Assembly: GCA_965112155.1 (NCBI GenBank)
Contig: OZ218106.1
From: Podarcis liolepis
Taxonomy: Eukaryota
Strand: one strand, 5' to 3'
DNA: 64,000 bases
In this document: one piece after another, positions 48,555-61,714 of the stretch
Layout of the letters: the number at the start of each line of letters is the position of its first letter
How positions within the stretch are numbered: position 1 is the first letter of the stretch
Notes under the pieces: generated by a model
Databases searched by the model: none
The model's input: only the letters and a program-made list of their open reading frames with translations
What the model was told of the DNA's origin: nothing
Translations under genes and position numbers: made by a program

Positions 48555-48562
48555 GCGCGCGC
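48503..48562. repeat. Compound (GT)n(GA)n(GC)n microsatellite
   Basis: Read directly from the sequence. Confidence 0.95.
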
Positions 48563-49038
48563 AAGAGTGAGAGTGCACAATTATGAATGGAAGCTCATTG
48601 CTTCTCCAAGATCCCTCTCAATGGGTCTGGGAGATGATTGGGCCAGAGGTCAGATTCCCAAGGTATCCATGCAAATCAGAGTTGCACTCCGTCAGGGAGG
48701 GAATCAAGCCGAGTCCCTCCCAGGACATTAAAATTGTCTTGATCTTCTTCCACAGTGAACGAGAGTGACTGCTGCCAGGCACACCATCTGTCTTTTTTCT
48801 GTTATTACATTTGGTCCAGGTTGTGCATTAAATTATCATATGGAAAATGAAACAGCCTACACTCCCAATGTTGCTGCAATGACAGGATACCAAACTGTAC
48901 TCATGGATCACCTCCACTCCAGTCATGTACGGTTCAAGCAACAGGTCCAAAGAGGCCATAATAGGAGGGACATCGTAGGCTGCTTCATATGAGCTCTTGC
49001 ATGTTCCACCCACCCTTCATATGAAACTTCCCTGGATA

Positions 49039-49093
<55 letters not shown>
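49039..49093. repeat. (TAT)n microsatellite
   Basis: About 18 units. Confidence 0.95.
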
Positions 49094-50692
49094 TTATAGA
49101 GGAGACTGTGAATCAGAAATGCCCAGGTACACTTGGGCAGTGTGTCATGGAGGCACCAAAATACTGCCAGGCAAAAGTGTGTCCATGCACCACCAGTCCA
49201 TGGGAGACATTCTCTACTCAGTCATGTGTGTCTGAATGACCACCATGTTCTCTGGTCACAATCTTCCATTTGGCTCGCAGGCAGACTTGGAGAGAGAGGA
49301 GGCTTCACCTGGAACACCTCTACCCCCAGAACATCTAGACCAGAGGATGTGCCCTTATCAGACTCTTCAGGCTCACAGACACCCCTCCAATTCATCCCTC
49401 ATTATCACCATGCTGCTGGAGCTAGTGGTTACAGAACAAGGCAATGGTCCAGAGGGGGTAGAACTAACAGGAGGTTTGGGCTAGCCAGCCTTCAGGAGGC
49501 CTCAGGAGGCTTCAGCATGAAGCTGAGGAAACAGCTCTCACCGAGTCAGTGGCAAGCAGCACTGGCGGTTTCCCAGGTTACTCATAAGCTGGCTTTTGCC
49601 ATGCCTGACCCTGGTTAGGATATGTGCTCCTCTAAGCGGGGATTCATTGTTAAGCTGAACCTAACAATTCATTGAAGCATCAAATGCCACCAAGCTTTAG
49701 TTGTGTGACTTGAGCATCCATTGCAGCTTGCAGATTGTGTGGAAGCTGACCTAGGACATGCATGTGGAGAGAGGGCATACGAGTTTTCCTTTCACACACT
49801 CAAATGTATATTTCTGTTCCTTTTAAAATAATAATACCATTTTATTTATCTGATGTGAGCACATTTGTGTGCTCACCATTGCATATGCTCCCTTAGTCTT
49901 TCCAGGGACATAATAAATTCCCTTGCTGTTGTTCCTTGCCATTTCATTCAGGATATATGGCTGTTGGCATTTGGAAGCATTCTGATATCCAATTAAATAT
50001 ATGTAATGTCCTTTTCTTAGGCAGAGGCGATTCTGTGGTTCACTGTCATTTATCTTGTTCTTGGGTTATTTGAGGGCAACTGTAACGTTGAACTTGCACT
50101 GCAATCATGACAAAAAAAAAGTTGTTATTGTCTGTCATTTTACCTCGGCAGCTATAGTTAGAGAAAACTTTAGGTATACATACAGGTATATGTTTAATAA
50201 TCTATCATTAATAGAACTGCAACTGTTCACAGCGTGCAGCCCATAAATACCTAGCATTGCTGGTGCTGTCCTTTGGTTGAAACTCTAAAAGCAGTCTTAA
50301 AGTGACCGACAATCCCCAATGCTTTAGGAAATCTGCTCCAGGCTGTCTGAGTTAGCATGGTTCTCATAAAACGCATTGACCCCTTTTGATTGCTTCACCA
50401 ACCTTTTGGTTTTAAAGGCATCTGCGCTCTGCAAACTGTGCTTGTTAGCAGCCTGGCCGATGCTCTCAGAAGAGAAAAAGCATCCCCAAATTTGCTGATT
50501 GTGGTTTGTTTTAAAGAACCTTTGCTCTGCCCATCTCTCTTTTTTTATGCCATTTGTCTCTGACTCGAGAATGTGTCACAGGTAATTTCCAAACCGGCAC
50601 AATTTATCAGTCAATCAGTCTTTTTATTATAGTTAATGACCAGTAGTGACACAATTTAAAAGCTTGGTGAGATTTTATCCATAATACTAACT

Positions 50693-50786
50693 AAGGCTGC
50701 CGTCCCAACTCTACACACCTGGGAGTAAGGCCTATGAAATTCAGTGCTACTTACTTCTGAGTAAGGATGGTTAGGGTTGCAGCTTA
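50693..50786. mobile_element. Short (~90 bp) palindromic interspersed element; degenerate relatives near 4865, 15726, 38415, 41000, 53670 and 62677
   Basis: taaggctgc...ctgggagtaag...ttcagtgctacttacttctgagtaag...ttgcagctta; the same core recurs across the window. Confidence 0.65.
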
Positions 50787-53700
50787 ATTATGCTTGATCA
50801 GAGTGAAGGTGACACCCTCCGTAGTGCATCAGCAAAGAGGGGGTCGCAATCACATGTTTGTTGAATAATAGGAATGGGAGGTCAGAGAGGAAAGAATTTA
50901 CAGGGCAGACAGATGGGGCGAGGTATTTAACTCTTCCCTAACCCACCACTTTCCTTAGTGCAATCCCTTCCCCAAGCCATTTTGTCTGGCCAAACTTATT
51001 TTGAGTCACAGCTGTGAAAAATTGAGAGGCAAAATGACCAGGGGGAAGGGATTGCATGGGGATAGTGGCAGAAAATGGAATGGATTAAGCACTCCCCTGT
51101 CTTGAAACATCCCTCCTGCATTTAACCCTGGCTGTGTTTGCTTGTGTAATGCGCACTTTGATCCTGCGATGAAGTATTTTGGGGAAGATGAGAACTGTAA
51201 AGACCAAAACTATTGTCCTCTGTGTTCAGAGCCTGACAATGCAAATTTAAGTCATAACACAAAATGGAATGTTGTTTTATATTTATATCGCATGGGACAA
51301 TACGATGTGATATCAATATGCATATATGCAAATCACTGTTTTGTTCCTTTTCCATCTTGAACAAAATCTAAATGACACCAGCTGCAATCCAAAGAGCCCA
51401 TTTAAGCATGTACGACTGAAAAGGAGCTGGCAATATGCCACAGAGGAATGAGGGGGCAGCTATGCCAAGAAAGAAAGAAAGACAGAGAAACATGATGAAC
51501 CCACAGATGTGCCAAAGGCCCATCAAGTCCAGCACTCTGTTCTCACAATAGCCAACCAGATGCCCATGAGAAGCCAGCAAGGAGAACTTGAGCACAACAA
51601 CACTCCTGTGATTCCCAGCTTCCTTCCTCTGACAGTGGCTGGAGAACATAACCATTATGGCTAATAGCTTGAAGTTTGGCACAGGATGAATAATGTTTCA
51701 AGATTGTTTCAATGGCTATCTATCCTCTGCTGCAAAAGCTCAGCCTGTTTCTGCAGGTCTTTGCTGAGACAACTTGGATGTTTGGTCTCAGCTGAAGGAG
51801 CATTAGCTCTGGTCCTGAATCTGCCCCTTTCGTTACTCTCCAAGGTGCTGACTTTGCCTCACCATTCTGCCTGCCTGGGAAACCAGGGATTATGCAACAC
51901 TCCTCCTTGGTGGTGGGCATCCCTGTGGATCATGACAGCCCACTGCCAGCATGCAATATCTGACAGATGACTCTCAAGGGAATGCAGACCACAATAGGAG
52001 AAAGTTTTCCAGTCCTGATACAGGGAAACAATACAATCAAACACAATAAAAAAGTTGAATGGTCTCACAAGGCATTTTCAGAAAATGTTTCTAACCCTCT
52101 GCTCCTTTTTCATCATTGCTATTTTAGGCACAAAAATTGAAATGGGAGCACCCCCCCACCCAGCGCAGCCTAAATGGTTTCTATTTTAAATCTCCTCTCA
52201 CCTCCCTCTACCCCATGTCATTTTTCCGGTGCTCCCTCTATCCAGCCAGCAGCAGAAGATGGAGTGGGGCAGTGATGCTGACCTCTGGCCAGTTAGGCTA
52301 AATAATTTATGGAACAAAATCTACCGTACATACTGCTTGATAGTAGCAAAACCTCTACACAGTTTACAGGAAACATTATCCATTCAAAGAGTTGAAAACA
52401 TTTAAAGATAAAGATAAAATTAGCAGGAAGAAAGATTAAAACAGATCAACGTCTGTGTGTCTAGATTAACTTGACAAACTAAAATATTTTCTTAGCACCC
52501 CTGCTGCTTATTGGGATGTGGCAGCTAGGCACAAATGAACTGGGAGAGGGGCCAGATTGGCTCTGATACTGCGTTTGCACCATGCTGCCCACATTGCCAC
52601 CACTCCCTCTCCTTCCTCAAAAACAGCAGCAATGTGACTGATCAGAGGTCAAGTGAGTGCCACTCCCCTGCCATCTAATTACTTTACCAGCCTTTACATA
52701 ATTACTGAGGATGAATAAGTTATCTAGAGCTTACAAAGCCTGCGTGAATGGTCCACCTCTCTCTTTATAGTACCCATAGCATTAGTTGCCTTTGCTTTAC
52801 TGCCCCCATTCACCTGGACTAGATCATGCAAATCATTTATTACGTCCCATTTGACTGAAGAAAGTAGCACCTATACATGTTGCTACATTTGCTAGGATTA
52901 TGATTTTCATGGCAGGATGAATTAGACTGGTATATGCCTAATTCTTTAAATTATATTTATATAAATCAAAGAGAGCTCCAATGAAAGGAAAGGAGTTCTA
53001 CATGCATGCAAGAAAACAGTCTAAAAGAGAAGAGAATTTGTAACAGGTATATCTTGCCTCCTGCAAGTTGCTAAGCACCCCAAATCCCCGCCGAGTTCAA
53101 TAAGAGTAGAGGATACTCCCTACCTTCCAAGCATATAATTTGCAAAGCAAAATAATTCATTTTTGCTTCTAAAATGACTAAAATGGAAAGGATGAGCACA
53201 CCATGCAGCTACTTCTGTGCTGTTATCAGGAAAAAAATCCACAGGGATAAGCAAATCAAGCAAATACTGTAAAAGCCTTATAGCTTCCACCACTGGTGTT
53301 CAAAGCAAGCATCAAATCACCGATTAGGCATATGAAAACAAATACAAAACTTATCAATTTTTAAATGACTCTGATAAATTATGTGTAGAAAGTTAATTAA
53401 CAGAACTGCACCTATGATGCTGATAAGCAACTAAAGATTGTGCCCAGTAATTAAGGACTGGAGGTCCCGGTGTATTCTTAGAGTTAAACCTCTTAAATAA
53501 CTTTTGGTTTCTAGACCATTGGATCTTTGAAAAGTTAATCTCCGTTATCTCCAAATGCAGAAGGTTTACTCTAATAATAGTAGTTCAAAGCCCTCTAGGT
53601 AGAGAGTTTTCAAAGTCTATATTACTTGTGATGGAAATGCAATAAAATCAAACATTAGATGACTAACAACAGTGAAATCCTAGCCACGTCTACTCATCTC

Positions 53701-56699
53701 CATGCAGTTCAATGGGACAAACTTCCATGTAAGTGTGCATAGGATTGCAGTCCAAATTGCTCTTAAGATTTTCATCAGTGTCTTCCACAGAGGCTTCCTA
53801 ACTGTGGTGAAATAATAAAACCCTCTACATTCTTTGTGTACATTCATGTTTGAACATCTGCTGACTAAAAGGGACAAGGCATCACCATTTTTTTTAATTC
53901 CAGAATTGCTCCAAGGAATATATTAGTTTCTTTCCTGAGAACACAGGCTTAAAAAAATACCCCAAAGAACTCAACTAGGGCCATTTTATACAAATCTCTT
54001 GGGTATGTAAACATACCCATTTCCCTGCATGCATTTGCAGGAAAACAGAAATGGATCAGTAAAAACTGTCTTGAAATGGACTTCATGGTTTCGAATGACA
54101 ATGTCAGCATGATTTTTTTATAATGGCAGTAGGAATCATAGTGTCCTGTGAATGCACACATGGGTGTGTGTGGGGGGGGACGCAGGTACACGTAGATATG
54201 TCAGCACTGCCTGTGATCCAGGGCTGGATATGGATCACATATGCATGTTCAGCAGCTCTCCTCATCCTCCTCTTCTCCCTTCACCCCACCTCAGACTGCT
54301 TTGCAAGCTGTCTTTGAATCTTTCTCCTGAGTTGTTCATCCATAAATAGGCTCTCTGGAATCTCAGCTGGTGCCTTGAGATCAGAATACCTTTGCTTGCA
54401 TTGTTCTGAATATTATGCACCTGGCATCCTGTTTTGTAGCATTTATGGAAAAGGGGGGGGGGTGTTGTTCTGCATTCAGCAGAGCAAGCTAGTTTTCCTA
54501 TCATTATTCTTTCAGTCACTGTGAATTTGTATGCCCTCAGTGAAATCTCAGGTTAACTACAAGCTTGAGGTGAAAGTCTACCCCACGAGCTTTTCCTGCT
54601 ATGTAGGTGAGCAAACACACTACTTTTCTGTGTCCTTTTGCATTGTTCTGGTTTTGTCGACCTTCCAACCCATAACAGGCTTCTGCTGCACCAAGGCAGG
54701 GCTGAGGCAGTTCCCTTTTGTTTCCTCGCTGTCAGTAGAGGTTAGAATTCCTCCTGTCCCAAACCATTTTCAAACTTCCTGGGGTAGGCCAAGCCCACTT
54801 ATAAAACACGGTGACACCGTTTTTACATTTTTTGCTTCCCACAGGCATTCAAATACAGGTGAATGTCTTTCCCTGTCAAGGCAGCAGTGGGAGGTGAGAA
54901 TGAAAGTCCTTTTCTCTTTCTCCGGGAAATTGGACTGCAAAAAGCTGTCAATTTAAAAATGACAGAGTGGCACAGCGTTTCTTTAAGGTGGCTCCTTTCA
55001 TATATTTTTTTTCCACTCCCGCTGTCTCTCTGACAGTCGAAGTGGCAAGAGGAACTGAGACAAGAAATGAGCACTGCTGGCACCTGCCCTCAGGCGCAAA
55101 ATTAATCATGGAATGAAGCAGATCAACCTCCAAGATCCCCGGCGTCCATTATCTGCCAATGGGGACTGCCCATCCCTGTAATAAGGCAACCCACACATTG
55201 ACTATTATTCAAATCTTAAGATTATTCACCATTGCTCATCAAATCCCAGAGTACTGTTCTGTTCAGCATTGTCCTTGGGATTCTGTCGTAATCGAGTTCC
55301 TGTGTGCCATCAACACAGCCTCCACGAGCCTAGCATTTTGTAGATTAGGAATGCTGTCTTTTCTCGTTTGCATATTAATGTCAAATGTTGGCAGAGAATA
55401 TGTAAGGTATCTTTTATGTGGGACTGTGATCATGAAGGTACACCTGTAGCCACACTCCTTGTTGCAGTTCTTAAGAGCTGGACTTCACATTTTGTGAGCT
55501 GCTCATAGGACAGCCTTAATTAAAGAAGGAGAAGATTAAATTCATGCAGACAGCTGTGCATAGTATCATCATGTTAATGCACAAAGGAAACAAAAATTGG
55601 GAGGAAGAGCATGGCATGTAATTTACACATGATACCACAGCAGAAGAAACCACTCTTCAGGAGCACAAGTCAAAACAAAATGCACCTCATGTGCTATATT
55701 TGGTCCATGTGATGTGAAAAACAGCTCCTGTCATTCAAGACTTACCAACTGTGTGTTAGAAAGTTCAGAGAGTTACAACTATTTCAGTTACAAAGTCTTC
55801 AGAACATTAATCACAATGCTAAAAAAAAATGCTGCTGGGTTGGCGTCTTCCTCATGCATTATCACTGTATGTAATTTTTAATGGCTAGACTGGTTGAAAG
55901 CACAAAACAAAACAGACTTGAAGTCTGAGGCAGAAATGAATTTTGGTCTTTTCAATCTTTTCACCAGAAGCTGTCTGTTCAGGCAGTGCCTGGGAGTTTA
56001 TCAACATTTCAGTAGAACTAGCCTTCCGCCCTCCCGCTCCACTTTTTCCATCCCCTCAGAAATAACACTTTGTAGGTACTATGATTGGTAACTTAATGGG
56101 ATCTGACATTTTTACACTCAACTGATGTCATGGCATATCACTCCCTAGGTTCAGCTCGGAGGTTAACGTATGTTTACACCATGCCTAATTTTCCTCAACA
56201 CATCTCATTTAAGTCTCTCTGCAACGTGTAATTTTTCTGCCGGCTCCTGAGTTCCACTATTGCCACTATCACTGCTCTTACTGGGTAAATACTTTTCTGC
56301 AGAACTTGAGTGATTTGTCAACTGTAACAGCACTCCTAAATCCAGGCTTTTTCAAGGAAACCAAGCATTTGGGGATGAGATAAAAGAAGGGATTCCTCCC
56401 TCTTTGACCTTTTAGAATTTAGTCATTGTAGAAATTACCATCTTGAAATACGTAGATTTCCCACCATTTAAAGCCATATTGGTGAAATTCAGGAGTCGCC
56501 AAAGTGGTGCAGACAATGTATCAGGATTTTACATAGCTCTCTTGGAAAAGCAAAGTGTTCATGCATATTAACTTAATTCAGTTAAGCTATCAAAACTCCA
56601 CAAACCTATTCATATACATATGATAATCACTGTTAAGCATTCTTGTCTTTTTGATAAACTGTATTATCTGTATCTGATAGCAGATCAAATTATGTTATT

Positions 56700-56756
56700 T
56701 GGGGTTTCATAGCTGGTGCCTCCCACCACTCGTCTGCCTCCAGCCAGTCCACGACG
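56700..56756 (-). mobile_element. Short 5' stub of an LTR related to 9071-9582
   Basis: - strand (c)gtcgtggactggctggaggcagacgagtggtgggaggcacc parallels tgtcagggactgtgct...gaggaatggtgggagcctcc. Confidence 0.45.
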
Positions 56757-58334
56757 CAGCCTGCTGATACCATGTCAAAGTTGTGTTACTCTAAGTGTTC
56801 CCAGAAATAAAGGCAAAGGAGATACAGAGGTGTAACTTCTCACTGTCTCTTGTTATGTCTTGCTCCATCCTGAATTCTTTCCCACTGTGGCATGGTGTAT
56901 TTCAGATTTCCCCCTTAGGTTGTTTTGAACATGGGTTGCATAGGGGAACGACCAATTATTCCAAATGATGGCATCTTCTGAATGGTTAAATTGAGAACAC
57001 CACATGGCTGTCTTTATTTCTCAAGAAATAGAAGCGGTTTCTCACCAAGACAGCACTTCTTAACAAAGACCAGTACAACAACCTGGTTCCAGTAGGCCAG
57101 GAAGGATTAGAAAGCTGAACACTTAAATTCACGGAGAGTTGCTATGCTAGTTGGCATGCCTGACCTTTTCAGGGTATGTTCAAATAATAATTAATATCTG
57201 TTATAATTCAGAATGTTGTAATTTAAATAATGACCCATTATTATCATAAGAAAGAGCAACTTGACCTTTTGAGTGCACACCTCTTCCCACTGGGGGAAAT
57301 GCATGACCTAAAGTGGCAACTCCGTTCCTCTACTGCCACTTATTTAGAGCATCCCAAGTTATGCAGCCACTTCTTCTTCCACATAGGTACATGGGAAACT
57401 GACCAGTAGTAGCTCTCCAGGGTTTCAGATGGGGTCTCTCCCAGCCTTATAGCACTTTCAGACAATACAAACTAGTCCTGAATTGGCCCAAAGGCTTTAC
57501 ATCTTCTCTCACCTTCCGACATCTGTTCTCAGACCACTATCTTAATATGTGACCAGCATGCAGTTGGTACACATGGAACACACAACTCAGTTCCTTCAAT
57601 TCCTCAATCTTCTAATGCATTGGATTAAATGCTGGTTTACCCACTGGCTTTTTAAAATGCTTTGAAAATGTTGACTCCTAACATTTTATAACGCAGAGTA
57701 ATAGGACAGAAGAGACACTCATTAGTCCAGTTGCCAATTGATTTAGCTGTTTTGCTTAAATCACTCCAGTTATGGAGGGCCATTAAATAATTTATTCCAA
57801 CATCTATATTTTAAGCCTCTTTTATTACACAAGAATAAACATCACATTAGGACTGCCTTTGCAGGAACAAATGTACACGTGTGTAATAAAAGGAGAATGA
57901 TGGTTCTGCAGTCCTTCCCTTCAAGTGAATTGCCTGGAATAATGAACATGATTATTTATTTAAAATGATATGTTAGTCAAATAATGCAAATGGACCAACA
58001 ATCTTTGCAAACATTTCCCCAAGCTGCCTTTACAAAGCTGCACAGTTGTTTTACATCAAGCGTGGCTTTGACTTGAGGTTATGATTATTCCTGTCATATA
58101 GCGCATTATTTCACCAAAGGATATGATGACATTAAGAGCAGTTTAGAAGCATTGGTAACTTTATCCTGGGATACTATTGTAGAGAAATTGTTCAGCATAT
58201 GCGGCAGCGCCTATTATTGCTGCTCAGAATTCTATATGTGAATAAATCTTTCAGGGAGGAGAATTGAAAGATGACCCTCTAGATTTCCTGTGAGATACCA
58301 GGATGTAACATTGCAAGAAGATATTCTGTGATTA

Positions 58335-58512
58335 GGGGAAAGACTGTAGCTCAGTGGCTAAGAATCTGCTTTGTATACAGAAGGCTCCGGGTTCAACACT
58401 CAGCATGTCCAGGTAAAACTGGGAAGAATCTCTGTCTGAAATCTTGGAGAGCCACTGACTGTCAGTGTGGACAGTACTGGGCTCAATGGATCACTTGGCA
58501 GCTTCCTATTCT
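58335..58512 (+). mobile_element. tRNA-derived SINE (Squam2-like)
   Basis: tgtagctcagtggctaagaatctgctttgtatacagaaggctccgggttcaa...ggcagcttcctatt; same family as 16840. Confidence 0.75.
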
Positions 58513-59237
58513 GCTTAACAATTACATTTTTATTTAGGACAACTAATTTTTTCCTTCCTGCAGATATAACATTCCCCTACAATGCCCCCATCACAACCCC
58601 TGGTTGAGATCTCTTTGGATGCACTGATGTACGCAAATATCTCCCAGCAAGCCTGGTAAGATCAAGAGAGCTCCATACATTCAACGGAGAATTTGTAGCC
58701 AATAGCAATGTTGCAGCAAATGAAAAAGCCCTTGTCCACAAAGGATCCCAGTCTACACATCAGAGCTCTTGCATGTTTAAGGACCCTCTGGATTGGCTGC
58801 GCATACGGAAGCGTGATTTCTCCAAAGATAATGAGAATATAATCATAGACAAATATGCCTACAGTGGCATTCATATTCTTATCACCTAAATAAGAACAAT
58901 CATGGAGATGAGTGAATATCCCCTAAATAAATTTTGAAAAGTAAATTGCGAAGAAGCACAGTCACAATCTGTTTCTTATAAGCAATCTACATCTGGCATG
59001 CAGATTTACAAGAAGTTATCTGATTCCCTTTCCTTGTTTAAAATAAATGTTTCCTGTTCTTATCTCTGAAAAAAATCTCTTTGGGAAGCTGCAATGTTAT
59101 ATGGAGACACCAGTTACAGCAGGGGAATCTGCCACATTACAGATGTTGTTAAACTCCAGTTCCCATCAACCTCAGCTGACATAGCCAATGGTCAGTAATG
59201 ACAGGAGTTGAAGTTTAGCTATATCTGAGTGGCCAAG

Positions 59238-59846
59238 TGTGATGGGCTGGGATTCGGAGTCGGATGCTGAACCTGAGGAATCCCAGCCTGCCCAGGATTC
59301 CCCACCTTCAGAACCAGCTGAGCCGGGGCTGGGGCATGAGCCTGAAGGGTCCTCACCTGTGCTGGATCCTCAGGTGCAGGCATCAGCTGAGTCTGCTCTG
59401 GTTCCTGAGGTGATGGAGGACCCATTGCCTGCAGGTGCTCCACTCTCAGCCCCGTAAGGGGAAGCTGAGGTTGCCTCTGGGTCCGGTAACCCTCCAGCTT
59501 CTCCTGAGCTGCAGAGGCTCAGGGCAGAGAGGCAGAGGGAACTAAGTTCCTGCAGGAGGAGTGCTCGGCTCCAGGTTAGGAGAGGCGAGTCACCTGAGGA
59601 TCGGGGCCGCCCTGTGCCTCGGGGCAGATAAAATCCAGCCAGCCTCAGTCCCAAGTTGTGGGAGCAACTTTGTTGGTTGTCAGTTCCTGCCTGAGCCCTG
59701 TCCTGCTTTCCTGCCAGAGCTCCTGACCTCACCCGATTACCTGCCCTGCATCCAGCTTCAACTTTTACGGACTGCCTCCATACTGCACCTTTGACCTCGG
59801 ACTGGACTTGGACCTCGCATCTCGGTTAGCCCACGGGACCAGTACA
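59238..59846 (+). mobile_element. Solo LTR (609 bp, probably Gypsy class) inserted into an old hAT MITE (~59117-59862)
   Basis: TG...CA ends, perfect 5-bp TSD ccaag (59233-37, 59847-51), TATA-like gataaaa near 59627. Flanks are the two halves of the ~135-bp MITE family. Confidence 0.85.
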
Positions 59847-61010
59847 CCAAGGCTTCCTGTTCCGTAAACAGTGGATATGTGGAGTCCCCCTGGCATAGTA
59901 CATCTATGTTGCAAGTTGTATTTTTATCCAAAGCTATTTTAGATGCCTGTCAGGAGTGGTTGGTGCAACACCTCCCTACTCACATTATCAGCCTGAGGGC
60001 CGGCTGCTGAGAGAAGCCAAACAGAGACCACAAGAGGCTGGGCAGAGCAGCCATGCTGGAGAAGGAGAGATGCTCCACCAGGAGAGGATAAATGTGTAAT
60101 GGGTGAAACATTTAGAGGGGGTTTCAAGCAGGGAGGGACCAAAAATGGAGAAGCAGGAGCATAAAAGGAAAAGAGTAAAGAACTAGGCTCTGGGCAAGCC
60201 TTGCACACAGAGTGTGAGGAAGGAAAAGGCAGCATGCTGGAGCTAGCCACTCTGGTGGCAAGTCAAGGAGGAAAAGGCCAGGGTTAACTGAAGGAAGGGA
60301 GAGGGATTCATGGGGAAGCAAGACAGCTTGAATGAATAGATCCAAGAAGAGCTCTGAGGATGAGAAGGGCAGTAAACTCATCTGAATGAAGAACTCACCA
60401 GGTGTTTTCTGAAGGCAAGGGAACACCAGGGGAGGGTGGAAACTCTCATATTCCTTTGAAATCCCTCTGATGCTTCACCTGGGGAAAAACACCCACATTC
60501 ACCCAGAGGAGAAAAAGCATAGAAACCTAGCAATCTGCATAACTTTCTGGGACATTTCGTTTGCCTGTTGAGTGTCCTTTGACTGCCATAATGATTTCTC
60601 ACATGCTTTGCCAGAATACATAACGTCCAAATTCACCTGGAATTATTTTGTCATTTGCTATCTCCATATGAGATCCCAGTATCCACTGATGAGTGCACTG
60701 AGGAATTGTTTTGCTCCCCACACAGCATATTGCTGGCTGCTCCTTAATGCCACATTTATGACACTGGCAGAGAGAAACTGAGAGTTTGAGAAATAAGGAT
60801 TACTCATCTGTCCTGCAAATGTCACATTTGCCCAAGAGAAGCAAAAACATGAGAATTGCAATGCGGTTGCAAAATCAGAATTGCCTGAGCAGGTAAGTAA
60901 AGCAAGAAGAGCAAGACTTCAAGCATTAAATGACAGGTATATAACTTTAACCATTCCTTCAAATAAGAAATGTGGGAGCAAAGATTTAACATAGGAATTG
61001 CTTCAGAGGT

Positions 61011-61027
61011 CCACTAGAAGGCAGCAG
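61011..61027 (+). promoter_or_regulatory. Possible CTCF site
   Basis: ccactagaaggcagca is a near match to the CCACYAGRKGGC core; motif evidence only. Confidence 0.3.
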
Positions 61028-61585
61028 AATCAAGCAATTCAGCTGCTATGGTACCTCCAATCATTCTAGAAACAGAAGACCATGCAAAGAGAAGAAACTG
61101 AAATAGATTATGTGAAGACTATGAATTTGCAAACTGGTAAAATGAATAGACTAGAACCAAATATGGTATTTTGGCCTCAGTATCAAACACATTTGTCAGA
61201 TTCACATAGATCCCCCCCCCCGATGTTTGATCACTGAAGAGTTGCATTATATCTGAATATACCTGAATTATTGTATCTTCTAGTAAATGTTTGAACAAGA
61301 TCCGACTATAACACTGGCCAACATTTTTCCAGATGTTAAATGTGCTCCAAACGGAAAGTTATGATTATTGCTTATCATAAGCAATTCTGGCATGGGTCTT
61401 ATTGTCATCTCCAGAGATACAAAAAGGTGAAATAGCGGCAGCCTGAGCAAAGTTGGCATGCCACTGGAAAACAGTGGGCTTCTCTGGGAAGGCATGCCCA
61501 GTTTTGCCAACTTGCGTTACATGACGAAAAGTCCAGGCAGCATCGCAGGCCCATCAGAAGTCCAAAAATTAAAGACAATTTTGAA

Positions 61586-61714
61586 NNNNNNNNNNNNNNN
61601 NNNNNNNNNNNNNNNNNNNNNNNNNNNNNNNNNNNNNNNNNNNNNNNNNNNNNNNNNNNNNNNNNNNNNNNNNNNNNNNNNNNNNNNNNNNNNNNNNNNN
61701 NNNNNNNNNNNNNN
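61586..61714. other. Assembly gap (129 N)
   Basis: Run of N. Confidence 1.

Noticed and set aside
49099-49618. Cys/Trp-containing frame (CPCTTSPWETFSTQSC) after an AG, faintly thrombospondin-like, and a 161-aa ORF
   Set aside because: The frame hits a stop with no suitable donor, the motif spacing is wrong, and there are no partner exons.
51142-51360. Cys-rich 72-aa ORF (CPLC)
   Set aside because: No ATG-supported start, splice context or recognisable family.
56760-56780. TGACA-TGGTATCAG on the - strand, resembling an LTR end plus tRNA-Met primer binding site
   Set aside because: Only 9 nt match, with no recognisable upstream LTR or downstream gag; compatible with chance.
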